Below, piece after piece: positions 1 through 9,663 of a DNA stretch of 64,000 bases. This DNA is from a virus. The stretch is taken from IMG/VR virus record IMGVR_UViG_3300048919_000265; one strand, written 5' to 3'. Made by a program: the position numbers and the translations under genes. The notes beneath the pieces are model-generated. The model did no database searches and was not told the DNA's origin. It worked only from the letters and a program-made list of their open reading frames with translations. Within the stretch, counting starts at the first letter, position 1. Every line of letters begins with the position of its first letter.

Positions 1-417
1 CTTACCTGCAATTCTACTTTGCATGGCAGCCATTGGTTTTACGTTATGATTATTATACACCAAGCATAACACCCGATTACCATACAATTTATTTCCCGTA
101 GCAAGTTGATGAATAACTTTTCGTTTAGCAATTTTTGCTTGTGTTTGTGTTGTCTTACCTCCACCAGCAGGAGCTATTATAAGTTGAAATTGTGGCTCAG
201 CAGTCATAGCTAACGCAGCATCAGGGGACAGATCAAATCCTAATAACTTATAGAAAAGCTTCACTAGATTTAATTGCGCTGCCGGTGCCGGCAACCTACA
301 GTCATATTGTGGAGGTATATATTTTAAAACATCATCAATGGCCATTTCGTCTATATTATAAGGGGTTACAGTCTCAAATTTTTTACCAATTCCATTATTC
401 ATTCCCGCTTCTTCCAA
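1..417 (-). CDS. UvrD/PcrA-like SF1 helicase, N-terminal part (truncated at window edge; not in ORF track)
   Basis: Manual translation from TTG at 417 (RBS AGGAGTGA) gives ...QLIIAPAGGGKTTQ (Walker A)...RVLCLVYNNHN (motif Ia-like); the frame stays open to base 1. Confidence 0.75.
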   Translation of the reverse strand, partial: MEEAGMNNGIGKKFETVTPYNIDEMAIDDVLKYIPPQYDCRLPAPAAQLNLVKLFYKLLGFDLSPDAALAMTAEPQFQLIIAPAGGGKTTQTQAKIAKRKVIHQLATGNKLYGNRVLCLVYNNHNVKPMAAMQSRIAGK

Positions 418-422
418 TGCTA

Positions 423-2057
423 TCACTCCTGAAGAAATTCTTCTGTTATGTCAAACGACTCCCGAAGCAAGGGGTGAGGTCCTCCAAAAACAGAGATATA
501 CTTACTTCTTTTTCTAAACTCCTGTAGCTCTATAATTCTACTGAGGCGCTTGACTATAAACGAACGATGTTTATAAGTTTCTTCCCACCATAATCCCAAG
601 GTTACAAAATTTAAACCTTCCGGATTCAGTAAATAAGGTCCTCTATTATTAAAGTATGAGATAGGTAGACCTAATGCGTGCTGATGGTGATAGGGCTTCA
701 CGCGAGAAACTCGATATCCTGTCTTTGACACCTCGATAATAGCATTTCTAACAAATTCCTTGAATCCCGGTAAAATATTAATTGGATAAAAAGAAGATAC
801 ATCATTAATATTAAACGTATGATAAACCCTCGTTAATTCATTGTGTACAGGATACACTAATCCTGGAAGCTGTAAGCTAAAAGAGTCTATGTGGCCTACA
901 AATTTGACTCCATCACTCTCGAACAGAAATGAATTAGTAACATCTACGGTACTATCAAACTTATTTATCTTGCGCTCTAGTATTTTAAATAATTCTAAAA
1001 GAGCGTCATGCTCAGGTCTAACCAACAGTGGATTTGCATCATTCATATTATATTCGGATTCCAGAGGAATAACATGAATTTTATCTAAATCAAATTCTGC
1101 TTGTTCTACATTAGAAACTTCTGGTAAGTTAGCATCAATATAACTTACTCTTACTTTAGCTCTCATGTCCTGTTTATTCAAGAAAATCAAAAATTGAAAT
1201 CCGTCATTAAATCGCAACATTACGTCCGGCAATTCTAAAATATACTTAAACTGATCTTCAACAAGCATCCTACTTCTATTAAACAACAGCAATGACAGTC
1301 TGTTTAAGAAACTAACAGTGTCATTAAACGACAAATGAGAAACTATTCCATGTTTATAGTATAAATAAGCTGCAACCACTGACACATGCTTTCCACTAGA
1401 AGTAATAAGTACTTCATTACCCGTATACTTAGAAAGTACTTCTTTTTCCAGCTCAGATAATTTCAACATTGTAGCGGAATTGTTGTTATCATAAGCCTCC
1501 GCCAATTTTTCTAACGAGCTTGTTATATCTATAGCCTCTAGGCCTAACTCCACAAGATCTTCTTTAATTCCTTGAATACCGGCCTCTTTACTACGTTGTT
1601 TTTTCAAATCACCGTTAGTGGCAAAAGGTAAACTTTCTGGATAAGCACTTAATATCAAGTTATTCCATTTAACCATTTCCTCATAACTGGTAAAACTTTT
1701 ATTCACCACAAAATAATCAGGTGCGACTCCAGCGGGCATGTTTTCTTTTATAAACTGCTCACATTGATTTAACACTTCCTGATCGTCTTCATCCGGCTCA
1801 ATAAGTAATAAATAGTTACGAGCATCAAGATCGCGTGAAAGTCTAGTCCGATCCACTAAGATTCCGAAGCTTTCATACAATTCCTTATTAGTATCTGATT
1901 CATAACTTTCGAAATCAACTAAATAATTATTAGTTTGGTCTGGATATTTCTTGATGATATTATAAATATGCCTGTGTATAGAATAATCAAAACCTTCTAT
2001 ACTTTCTTCATTTTTTAATGATTTAAACTCTTCCTCAGATATAATGATATCCTGCAA
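423..2057 (-). CDS. Hypothetical protein (544 aa)
   Basis: Long ORF, RBS AAGGTGG, no recognised motif. Confidence 0.8.
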   Translation of the reverse strand: MQDIIISEEEFKSLKNEESIEGFDYSIHRHIYNIIKKYPDQTNNYLVDFESYESDTNKELYESFGILVDRTRLSRDLDARNYLLLIEPDEDDQEVLNQCEQFIKENMPAGVAPDYFVVNKSFTSYEEMVKWNNLILSAYPESLPFATNGDLKKQRSKEAGIQGIKEDLVELGLEAIDITSSLEKLAEAYDNNNSATMLKLSELEKEVLSKYTGNEVLITSSGKHVSVVAAYLYYKHGIVSHLSFNDTVSFLNRLSLLLFNRSRMLVEDQFKYILELPDVMLRFNDGFQFLIFLNKQDMRAKVRVSYIDANLPEVSNVEQAEFDLDKIHVIPLESEYNMNDANPLLVRPEHDALLELFKILERKINKFDSTVDVTNSFLFESDGVKFVGHIDSFSLQLPGLVYPVHNELTRVYHTFNINDVSSFYPINILPGFKEFVRNAIIEVSKTGYRVSRVKPYHHQHALGLPISYFNNRGPYLLNPEGLNFVTLGLWWEETYKHRSFIVKRLSRIIELQEFRKRSKYISVFGGPHPLLRESFDITEEFLQE

Positions 2058-2071
2058 ATTTTACACCACCT

Positions 2072-2755
2072 TTAATAATCCGTCACTTCCACCAGAGAAG
2101 TAATTTCAGTCGCATGATTTTTTTCTAATCTGAATTCTCGACGAGGCAAGTTTTTATATCCATCTGCAGATTGTTCTACCATCATTATCTGCATACCTTT
2201 ACTAATAGCCAATTCTATTAACTCCGCCAGTTTACCTAAGTTATCCGAATCACTAGCAGCAAAAGCTTCATCCATTGGAATTATCACACAACCAGCACTC
2301 TCATTTATACCAATAGCACTAGAAAAACTTATCAATTCTTGTAATAATTTTCCTTCATTAATATGTGGTAGACGAGTCCTTCCTTTTTTATCAATAATCT
2401 CTAAGGTTGTTTTAGAGTTACGATTTTTAAAATCACTTTTAACCTTAACTTTAAAACCTTCATACGGAAAAACGTATGAGACATTTTCAGTTATCCGCTC
2501 GGACAAAAACAAAAGACGTCTGTCCTTAAATGCTAAATCTTCGGATATGAACTTCTTATGTAGCCTAACAAGGGCTGTCGCGTAAATATCCGTGTCTCTA
2601 CGCAATTTAGTCGCCTTGCTCAAACGGGCCTGTATCTCTTTTCTTTCACGATTAGCTTGTATCCCCTTCTCGAGAGAATACTGTAAGCTACTTAACTTAT
2701 TCCTAAAGGACTGTAGTATAGCCCGTGAGGCGGTAATATCAATATCAGGCAGCAA
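2072..2755 (-). CDS. sbcC: SbcC/Rad50-like ABC-ATPase, C-terminal half
   Basis: N-terminal coiled coil, degenerate signature (INEGK), Walker B/D-loop IIPMDEAFAASD, switch region IMMVEQ. Confidence 0.75.
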   Translation of the reverse strand: MLPDIDITASRAILQSFRNKLSSLQYSLEKGIQANRERKEIQARLSKATKLRRDTDIYATALVRLHKKFISEDLAFKDRRLLFLSERITENVSYVFPYEGFKVKVKSDFKNRNSKTTLEIIDKKGRTRLPHINEGKLLQELISFSSAIGINESAGCVIIPMDEAFAASDSDNLGKLAELIELAISKGMQIMMVEQSADGYKNLPRREFRLEKNHATEITSLVEVTDY

Positions 2756-3839
2756 AGTCCTTCCTCCTTATAACAACAATAAATGTCCCATTCTCTAATT
2801 CCAACTGCACAAAAGTTCGCTTTATCTTAATAGTAATAAAGTCATTAGTTATAGCACCTACAACATCTTTCAGAACTTTAGTTGGAAAAACTAGTGTAGG
2901 TATTGCATGTACTGACCCTAGCTCAACTGGTACTGCGGACCCTAATGTCAACTCCTCCAATCCTGAAATTTCGCTTCTCTTTGCGTTGATGGATTCCACA
3001 TCACTATCCACTTTAAATTTAGCAGAAAATCTGATCGACCCTTCCACCACGCGTGCCACCTCTTGCTCGAAATCAAGAACGATAGTATCAGTAAATCCAC
3101 ATGATTTAACTAAGTTACACACATTGGACAACTTAGTCTTCAATTTATGACTATATTTCTCCCTGAGAACCATACTTAAATCGGATTCTATACTAGCCCT
3201 CGATTGCTTAGCAATAATGACTGTATCTTGTCCTCGACCTATTATAAAATTCTGATACCCATAAACATCGTCTGAGAATTTGAGCAAAAAATTAGCAACA
3301 TTGGTATCTAGATTAAAATTCTCGCACCCTGCTTTATAGTACAGTTGCATACCTTTCAATTCTACAACCACCATACCATTATTTACGTTGATAACTGAAG
3401 TTAAATTCTTGATGACTTTTAATGCGCGTTCAACCTTGAATAAATTTATAGGAACAAAATTACCACTGTTCTCCATCAACTCAAGTCTACTATAAATGGT
3501 AGATATGTCACTTGCTTGATAAGTACTATACATATTATACTCTCCACCGCGAGTAGGTTTAATTGTTAATTCAACATTATTGTTTTCCCCGACAAATAAA
3601 TTTACTACACCATCACTGATTAAGGACATAAAATAATTACGGTCAACTCTAACACAAACATTCTCTGTGAAATCCTCTCTAGATATTACCTCTAATGAAT
3701 AGTGAGAGTAAACTTCCACATTATTAGCGATAATCAATACATTATGCTTTAATATTAAGAAATCCAAGAAATCAACTAGTCCTTGTGAAAAGAAAGATTG
3801 TAATTCTCTCGCATTGCGTACATTAAATGTCACCTGCAT
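2745..3839 (-). CDS. Putative sliding clamp (DnaN/beta-clamp-like)
   Basis: 364 aa, the size of DnaN. The N-terminal pattern LIIANNVEVYSHYSL...VCVRVDRNYFMSLISDGVVNLFV...VELTIK parallels beta-clamp domain I. Replication-gene context. Confidence 0.5.
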   Translation of the reverse strand: MQVTFNVRNARELQSFFSQGLVDFLDFLILKHNVLIIANNVEVYSHYSLEVISREDFTENVCVRVDRNYFMSLISDGVVNLFVGENNNVELTIKPTRGGEYNMYSTYQASDISTIYSRLELMENSGNFVPINLFKVERALKVIKNLTSVINVNNGMVVVELKGMQLYYKAGCENFNLDTNVANFLLKFSDDVYGYQNFIIGRGQDTVIIAKQSRASIESDLSMVLREKYSHKLKTKLSNVCNLVKSCGFTDTIVLDFEQEVARVVEGSIRFSAKFKVDSDVESINAKRSEISGLEELTLGSAVPVELGSVHAIPTLVFPTKVLKDVVGAITNDFITIKIKRTFVQLELENGTFIVVIRRKDFAA

Positions 3840-3841
3840 GC

Positions 3842-4162
3842 TTAATCACCACTTTCACGTAGCAAAAATAATTCTATGTCCTTCAAAACTTTTATGAATA
3901 ATTCCCGGAACTCCTTGTGATACTCTTCTTCTATATAAACCCTATCCAAGTCGTATCCCAGAAGAGTTCTGATTGCTATCCCTTTACTTTCTAAGATTGC
4001 TATTTTATCCTCATTAAAAGCGGCAAAATACTGCTTAAGATCCTCGATTCTTTGATCAGCTTTCAATCGATTTTGATCGCTAAGTGCTTTCTTAGTTGTT
4101 AATTTATGACGTAGTTCCTTAATATTAATCCCACCATCTGTAACATTACTCACCGTTTCCAC
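3842..4162 (-). CDS. Hypothetical helical protein (106 aa)
   Basis: ORF with RBS GAGGAAG, coupled to neighbours. Confidence 0.75.
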   Translation of the reverse strand: METVSNVTDGGINIKELRHKLTTKKALSDQNRLKADQRIEDLKQYFAAFNEDKIAILESKGIAIRTLLGYDLDRVYIEEEYHKEFRELFIKVLKDIELFLLRESGD

Positions 4163-5283
4163 CGCACTTCCTCTAATAATTTACTCAATTCCCTCTCATA
4201 CGTTGTAAATCCTTTATCCAATAATTCTTCAAAAAGATCCAAATACGCAGGATGGGCAGTAAGAGATATTCTAAGATTCTCTATTGGATCATCCACAACT
4301 GGCACATACTCACCAACGAAGTACTTAGTCTCCTTAGCTTCCATTCGCTTAGATTGCTTCATCTCTATAATTTCTTCGTTAACACAGGCTTCCCTTGGTA
4401 GAAGATCGAACTTGTTATGTTTTATCTCTTTAAGTTCTCCGTCTTCCACAACAACAACTGGAATGTTGCGCTCTAACCTAGCATTGTTAATCTCTAAGTG
4501 GTTTGTTCTGCCCAAAGTAGATAAGTAATGCAGCCAGGTGGAAAAGCCTGTCGACTCGTCTGTATACTTGTATTGTCCATACAGCATATGCATATGCGCT
4601 AAAAATGCGTAATGATATCCCTGCAAAGCCTGTGTGTTATCGAAATAAACAGGGGTATGCTCAAAAATCTTTATACCCATTTCTCGTTCAGAATCTTCTA
4701 GAATAGCCTTAGCATACAGATCCATATGAAAAACGCCAATATTGGTCTTACCATCTAACCGAGGCCTTGTTATTGGACACCCATAATGATTAAATAAAAA
4801 TCGCACATTTCCATCTTCTAATTCATCAACTAATTCAAAAACATTCATTCTTCCTCGTGGTTGCCATATCTTATGGCTAAGACTTTTCATTATCTTAGAA
4901 GACTTTACTTCTCTAATTAATGTCCAGAAAGGATTATCTTTATAATATGTTAATTCGTGATTACCAAGGGTAACATATATACCAGTAACTTCATTCCTCA
5001 ATTGAATCATCTTATTGTTCTCAGAAATTGCCATAAATAAATCATTGTATGATCTATCCCAAATATCCCCTGCAAAAATAGGGAACACTTGATCGGCATA
5101 TTCATAGCAACTTCTATTAATTTTCACTACTTGCTCGAACGCATGTTCCATTTCTTCCAAGTAATTAACTCTGCCATCGAAGTTTTTATTTCTTCTATGC
5201 AAGTCAGTTACTATAGGGTATGCATTGACCGTCAATGTGTTGTACCTCCCCATAAATAACGCAAGGAACTCTTTTCCCGACAC
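4150..5283 (-). CDS. Hypothetical protein (true start probably downstream of 5283)
   Basis: Long ORF; the longest start overlaps the upstream gene by 80 nt and has no clear RBS. Confidence 0.75.
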   Translation of the reverse strand: MSGKEFLALFMGRYNTLTVNAYPIVTDLHRRNKNFDGRVNYLEEMEHAFEQVVKINRSCYEYADQVFPIFAGDIWDRSYNDLFMAISENNKMIQLRNEVTGIYVTLGNHELTYYKDNPFWTLIREVKSSKIMKSLSHKIWQPRGRMNVFELVDELEDGNVRFLFNHYGCPITRPRLDGKTNIGVFHMDLYAKAILEDSEREMGIKIFEHTPVYFDNTQALQGYHYAFLAHMHMLYGQYKYTDESTGFSTWLHYLSTLGRTNHLEINNARLERNIPVVVVEDGELKEIKHNKFDLLPREACVNEEIIEMKQSKRMEAKETKYFVGEYVPVVDDPIENLRISLTAHPAYLDLFEELLDKGFTTYERELSKLLEEVRWKR

Positions 5284-6409
5284 TGTTGATAAAATTTCTT
5301 ATCTCCGATAAATCCACATCGAGTTCCTTGACCGACTGTAGATTTGTATTTGCCTTCTCAAATTCCACATGAACTGGTATGAGCTCCTCATAAATATCAA
5401 GCATGGTTAGAATCGAACCCACATCGGATTTGACAACTTCTGCTTCTAGAAAGGCTGCACACAGATCAACCAACTCTAAACTACATTCCAATTCTAATGA
5501 TAAGTCTGGTAACATTCTACTAATTCCGTCCATTGAATCTTGCATTTCTGCATAAATATCTAAAACCTGTAACAACTCACCCTCATTATTTTCAGAAAAT
5601 AAATACTCACTACCCTCACAAAACAATCTTCCTTCTTCAACAAAATCTAGTAACCAAAGTAAATTATCATAATTCTTGTTATCAAATACAGAATAATCTA
5701 CTTGTTGCATACCTCTATACGCGTCCAGTAAATTTTGATAGGTATCAATTCCTGCCCCCATATTCACAATTCTTTGTGCCAATCTGTCCGTATCTACATA
5801 CTGATAGCTCTTTAATTGATGCTCTAAGCTTAGCACTATATCATCCAACACATGCATATTTTCGCCTTGTAATTTGGATTTCTCTGCAGTAGTGGCAATC
5901 AAATGATTAAGAGTCTCATTACTGGTAAGCAATTTTACCAGGTTATGATTCGCTTTAGTATTACTGTTAACTAATAACAAACTCTGATCTAAATCTAGAA
6001 TATTAGCAATATAAGATTCCTCTGGATCAACAATCAACGAAAGATTCCTAACCATCCTAGGGTCTGGAGTCCGTGACACGGTGAAAGGATGCACATTGAA
6101 TTCCTCGGTAAAATAATATTGAGGACCGTTACGATAAACTTTAACAGCAGCACAACTGTTATCACTAAATAGATATACCGCCATAGCATGATCTGCACCA
6201 AACGCTATCAATTCTCCTAATTCTTTACGAGTATAAAAAGTAGGACAACCTGCTACCTTGAGCATTTTAAAATATACGCTCTTACCTGTATTATTAGGTG
6301 CTGTTATAATATTAAGTCCCTCACTAAATTCAAATTCAACATTACCTAATGATTGACAATTAATTAACCTACATCGGGAAATTTTTACTGGTTTAATATA
6401 ATCTAACAT
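5204..6409 (-). CDS. sbcC: SbcC/Rad50-like ABC-ATPase, N-terminal half
   Basis: ISRCRLINCQSLGNVEFEFSEGLNIITAPNNTGKS (SMC-family N-terminus with Walker A), then helical/coiled-coil region ending in PCVIYG...C. Confidence 0.85.
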   Translation of the reverse strand: MLDYIKPVKISRCRLINCQSLGNVEFEFSEGLNIITAPNNTGKSVYFKMLKVAGCPTFYTRKELGELIAFGADHAMAVYLFSDNSCAAVKVYRNGPQYYFTEEFNVHPFTVSRTPDPRMVRNLSLIVDPEESYIANILDLDQSLLLVNSNTKANHNLVKLLTSNETLNHLIATTAEKSKLQGENMHVLDDIVLSLEHQLKSYQYVDTDRLAQRIVNMGAGIDTYQNLLDAYRGMQQVDYSVFDNKNYDNLLWLLDFVEEGRLFCEGSEYLFSENNEGELLQVLDIYAEMQDSMDGISRMLPDLSLELECSLELVDLCAAFLEAEVVKSDVGSILTMLDIYEELIPVHVEFEKANTNLQSVKELDVDLSEIRNFINSVGKRVPCVIYGEVQHIDGQCIPYSN

Positions 6410-6454
6410 AACAAAAGTTATTCCTCCTTCCTATGCAATTTTAGTAACGTTTAT

Positions 6455-6493
6455 AAAAGAAGGGTGAGCCCACTTGCAGCTCACCCTTCTTTT
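6455..6493 (-). terminator. Intrinsic terminator (potentially bidirectional)
   Basis: AAAAGAAGGGTGAGC-9 nt-GCTCACCCTTCTTTT, a perfect 15-bp inverted repeat including A/T tails, just after the stop at 6501. Confidence 0.85.
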
Positions 6494-6500
6494 TCATCTC

Positions 6501-8006
6501 CTATTCGCTCAATTCAATAACTTCTGCATCCAAATTAAGCGTTTCCGGTTTAATCTCTTCAATACCGTCTGTCGCATCAAGTGTCTGACCTGCCGTGCCA
6601 TTCATGACCTCTTCGAGATTTAATTTAGCCTCAGTGGCAGCTTTAGCTTCGTCAAGGCTTCCTGCATCTTTATCGGACATTCCATGCTCCGCAGCAGTAA
6701 TCAAATTCATGACTTCCTCTCCGCCATAAATCAGCGACAAAATATCAGAATTGCTTTCCAGAACTTTCTCAGTCATAAAAGTATTTTCCAACTCTTTATT
6801 AGCATCAACAGCAGCCAACAATTTCTTCTCAATAGTTTCGTCAAATTTACGAATATAAACTGAATACATAAACTGACTTTCCATATCTTGAGATTCATCC
6901 AGAGCTTGTCTAACTGCTGTAACAAACTTATCATAGAACGCTTCATCTTTCAATTTGGAATCAGCTATAGCATAGCGAGTTCCTTTACCAATTGCCATAG
7001 CATCATTTGGATCATCAACTGTAACCGGACAAATCATATCCAACTCTAAGAAATCCCAATGAATATCATGCTTATTTGAAGTGCCGTTAGTAAAGTTAGC
7101 AAAAGGCTCATCAAATTCACTGGTCTTCTTAGTAGTATGGTACAATTTCTTAACTTCTTCAGCCGTGATAGTTTTATACATCTCACTATCTTTCAAAGTC
7201 AAGTCGTTTTCCAGCAGCATAGCCATTACAACCATATAGTTAGAAGGTCTATCTTCACTAATGATGATTTCATCATAAACTTTCTTGATATTATCTTTAA
7301 AATCCTTTTCAAGAATGTTAGCCAAATCAGGAGCCGTCTTAAAGAAAGGAATATTAGTTTTCAGCTCATATGGTTCACCAGCTTTAGCCTTTTCAATACA
7401 ATCTTCAATATTAACTCTGTGTTCATACGCAATATCTCGATACAACTTATGCACCTTGAGTGCAACAGGCCACTCACCAATAACCTGATTCGTGACAGGA
7501 TCACGATCAACTTCAATCGCATAATCGTTAGCATACTGATTACCTGTAATACGTGGATCTGAAATAGAAACAACTGGGACCGTCATGATTCGTGGGAATC
7601 TGTATAACCGGAAAACTTTCCAATCTTCTTTCGTAAATACGGTATAATCACTTGTATTCCATTCGTCAACACCTGAACGACGCATCAAGGCCTTCTTGGT
7701 AATTTCACTCTTCTCTGCCATACGTTTAACAATCAACGCAGCAGAAGTTGCAGAAATCGGTGGACGCCATTTATTATCTTCATTCCATTGTTCGTTTGCT
7801 TCACCTGTACCTGGATCAAAATCCAGTGCAAGATCCATAATAACTAGAATCTTCTCGCGCAATTTAAGCGCACGTTTAATTCTAGGCAACCGCTTCAACT
7901 GGATTCTAGACTGGGCTTTCTCATTCCGTAATTTTAATGCAGAAGAAGGCTTAATCTTCCCCGCATCCATATCCTCAAAAATCTGATCAATCAAACTCGA
8001 ACTCAT
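6501..8006 (-). CDS. Hypothetical acidic protein (501 aa), possible ssDNA-binding protein
   Basis: Strong RBS AGGAGGT, own terminator, acidic low-complexity C-tail, located between primase and SbcC. The SSB function is inference only. Confidence 0.35.
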   Translation of the reverse strand: MSSSLIDQIFEDMDAGKIKPSSALKLRNEKAQSRIQLKRLPRIKRALKLREKILVIMDLALDFDPGTGEANEQWNEDNKWRPPISATSAALIVKRMAEKSEITKKALMRRSGVDEWNTSDYTVFTKEDWKVFRLYRFPRIMTVPVVSISDPRITGNQYANDYAIEVDRDPVTNQVIGEWPVALKVHKLYRDIAYEHRVNIEDCIEKAKAGEPYELKTNIPFFKTAPDLANILEKDFKDNIKKVYDEIIISEDRPSNYMVVMAMLLENDLTLKDSEMYKTITAEEVKKLYHTTKKTSEFDEPFANFTNGTSNKHDIHWDFLELDMICPVTVDDPNDAMAIGKGTRYAIADSKLKDEAFYDKFVTAVRQALDESQDMESQFMYSVYIRKFDETIEKKLLAAVDANKELENTFMTEKVLESNSDILSLIYGGEEVMNLITAAEHGMSDKDAGSLDEAKAATEAKLNLEEVMNGTAGQTLDATDGIEEIKPETLNLDAEVIELSE

Positions 8007-8089
8007 TTTTCACTACCTCCTACTAATTATGGAATGAGTTTCTTCCCTTCTCACTCTCTCACACTAATATAATTCGTTAATCAATCATT

Positions 8090-8869
8090 TTATGGTTTGA
8101 ATCTTAGGACTAAATCAGCCTTATTGATTATAGCCTCTTTAAGTTTACGTTGATACTCTTCCGCATAATCCGTCTTTAGAATATCATCTACATCCTTTTT
8201 AATGTTCTGTGTCACAAGTTTGAACCCAGGATGAATCTTTTTAAGGCGTTCTCTAACCTTTATCCCCGCCTCGTCATTATCTTGTAAAAGAAATACATTT
8301 TCTATAAACCTCAATTGAAAACACACTTCTTCACTCAAACTTGAACCTAGCAAACAACCGGCATTAAATCCACATGAATCTAAAGACCACATGTCAAACA
8401 CACCGTCCACTAATAATATGTACCCGTCCTTAACCGCTTTTTCAAACCCCTTAGGAGGAAAATACATATACTTACCGCGATTAAATACTGAGGATCGGGA
8501 ATACCTATAATAATGTCCCACACTCCGCTCGTTAGGGTCCTTACTCTTCATTTTCTCAAATGGCTCGAACCCAACGAAGCCTACGATACTTCCTGCTACA
8601 TTACTGATAGGTAGAACAATATAATTTTGCCAAACGCATTCTCCACCATACGTATACATATCTAAGAATGGATCAGTACACCCCTCCCCAAACATGTCTT
8701 TCATATAATCTTCGTGTGGAACGAAGAATGCTCTAGCCTTGAAAAGAGAATCTGCATTTTCCATGCCACGAACCTTTTTAGCAAATAAAGATAAGTAATA
8801 CTGTAAAGTGTCCAAATCCTCGGTGTATATCTTTTCTATACCTTTGGTAACAATTTCTGTAAAGCTCAT
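8090..8869 (-). CDS. dnaG: DnaG-type primase catalytic core (TOPRIM), no zinc-binding domain
   Basis: IVLPISNVAGSIVGF, YSRSSVFNRGKYMY, ILLVDGVFD, LGSSLS, LQDNDEAG. Start reassigned to ATG 8869 (ATGA overlap). Confidence 0.85.
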   Translation of the reverse strand: MSFTEIVTKGIEKIYTEDLDTLQYYLSLFAKKVRGMENADSLFKARAFFVPHEDYMKDMFGEGCTDPFLDMYTYGGECVWQNYIVLPISNVAGSIVGFVGFEPFEKMKSKDPNERSVGHYYRYSRSSVFNRGKYMYFPPKGFEKAVKDGYILLVDGVFDMWSLDSCGFNAGCLLGSSLSEEVCFQLRFIENVFLLQDNDEAGIKVRERLKKIHPGFKLVTQNIKKDVDDILKTDYAEEYQRKLKEAIINKADLVLRFKP

Positions 8870-9663
8870 GATATACAATACACTGGTGTTTCGAGGAAAG
8901 TATTTGTGTGGGCACAAGTTAATACATTCACTCCACCAATGCTCTCCTTCCCTTCGTACTTAAGTTCTAATTTTTTCTTACCTAATACAAAATTAACTTT
9001 TTCACTCCTGTGAGTATAATGTTCTTTACTAAGAAACACGACAAATGAAGGCATCTTCTTACTATTAGTAAGTTCTCTAATAACATCGAAACATTTATTC
9101 ATAAATTCATTATCAGGCTTATAACTGTCAACGAATTCTTTAATTGATAATGATGATTTCAAAACCACAATGCCTTCTACTTCAAAACCTTTGACATTAT
9201 TAGTAACAACCTTACCATCAACTAATCTTGTGACATCAGTTACAAAACCACATTCCAACACATGTTCAATAAGACCCAAATGCTTTCCTAATGTGGGAGA
9301 ACAATAGGGATTAGTTCTTGCTAAGATGTCATTATAATCAATGCTAACACTTCTCCCTTTAGAAACTTCCGCACTATTAACCATGTCCCCAACAAACACA
9401 TCTAAGTCCTCTATCTCACCAACATCAGATAAATTACTTTGAGCAAGGGCATCAAAAATCTTAGTCAATAAGTCACACTTATCCTCATTACCTACATAGT
9501 TGTCTAAAACTTTTGACTTTAATACATCTAGTTTATGGTTACCTTTCTCGTTCATCGCAATTAATTTGAACAAAAACTGCTTGCGAGAAAGATTACTTCC
9601 TTTATCCGCGTAAGAAGCTTCTAAGTCTTTCCAAATATCGAAGATACTATCAATAACACTCAT
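8866..9663 (-). CDS. Hypothetical protein (265 aa)
   Basis: ORF with ATGA coupling at both ends. Confidence 0.8.
   Translation of the reverse strand: MSVIDSIFDIWKDLEASYADKGSNLSRKQFLFKLIAMNEKGNHKLDVLKSKVLDNYVGNEDKCDLLTKIFDALAQSNLSDVGEIEDLDVFVGDMVNSAEVSKGRSVSIDYNDILARTNPYCSPTLGKHLGLIEHVLECGFVTDVTRLVDGKVVTNNVKGFEVEGIVVLKSSLSIKEFVDSYKPDNEFMNKCFDVIRELTNSKKMPSFVVFLSKEHYTHRSEKVNFVLGKKKLELKYEGKESIGGVNVLTCAHTNTFLETPVYCIS

Noticed and set aside
423-2057. Candidate SbcD/Mre11 partner nuclease
   Set aside because: None of the metallophosphoesterase motifs (DxH, GD, GNHD) is present.
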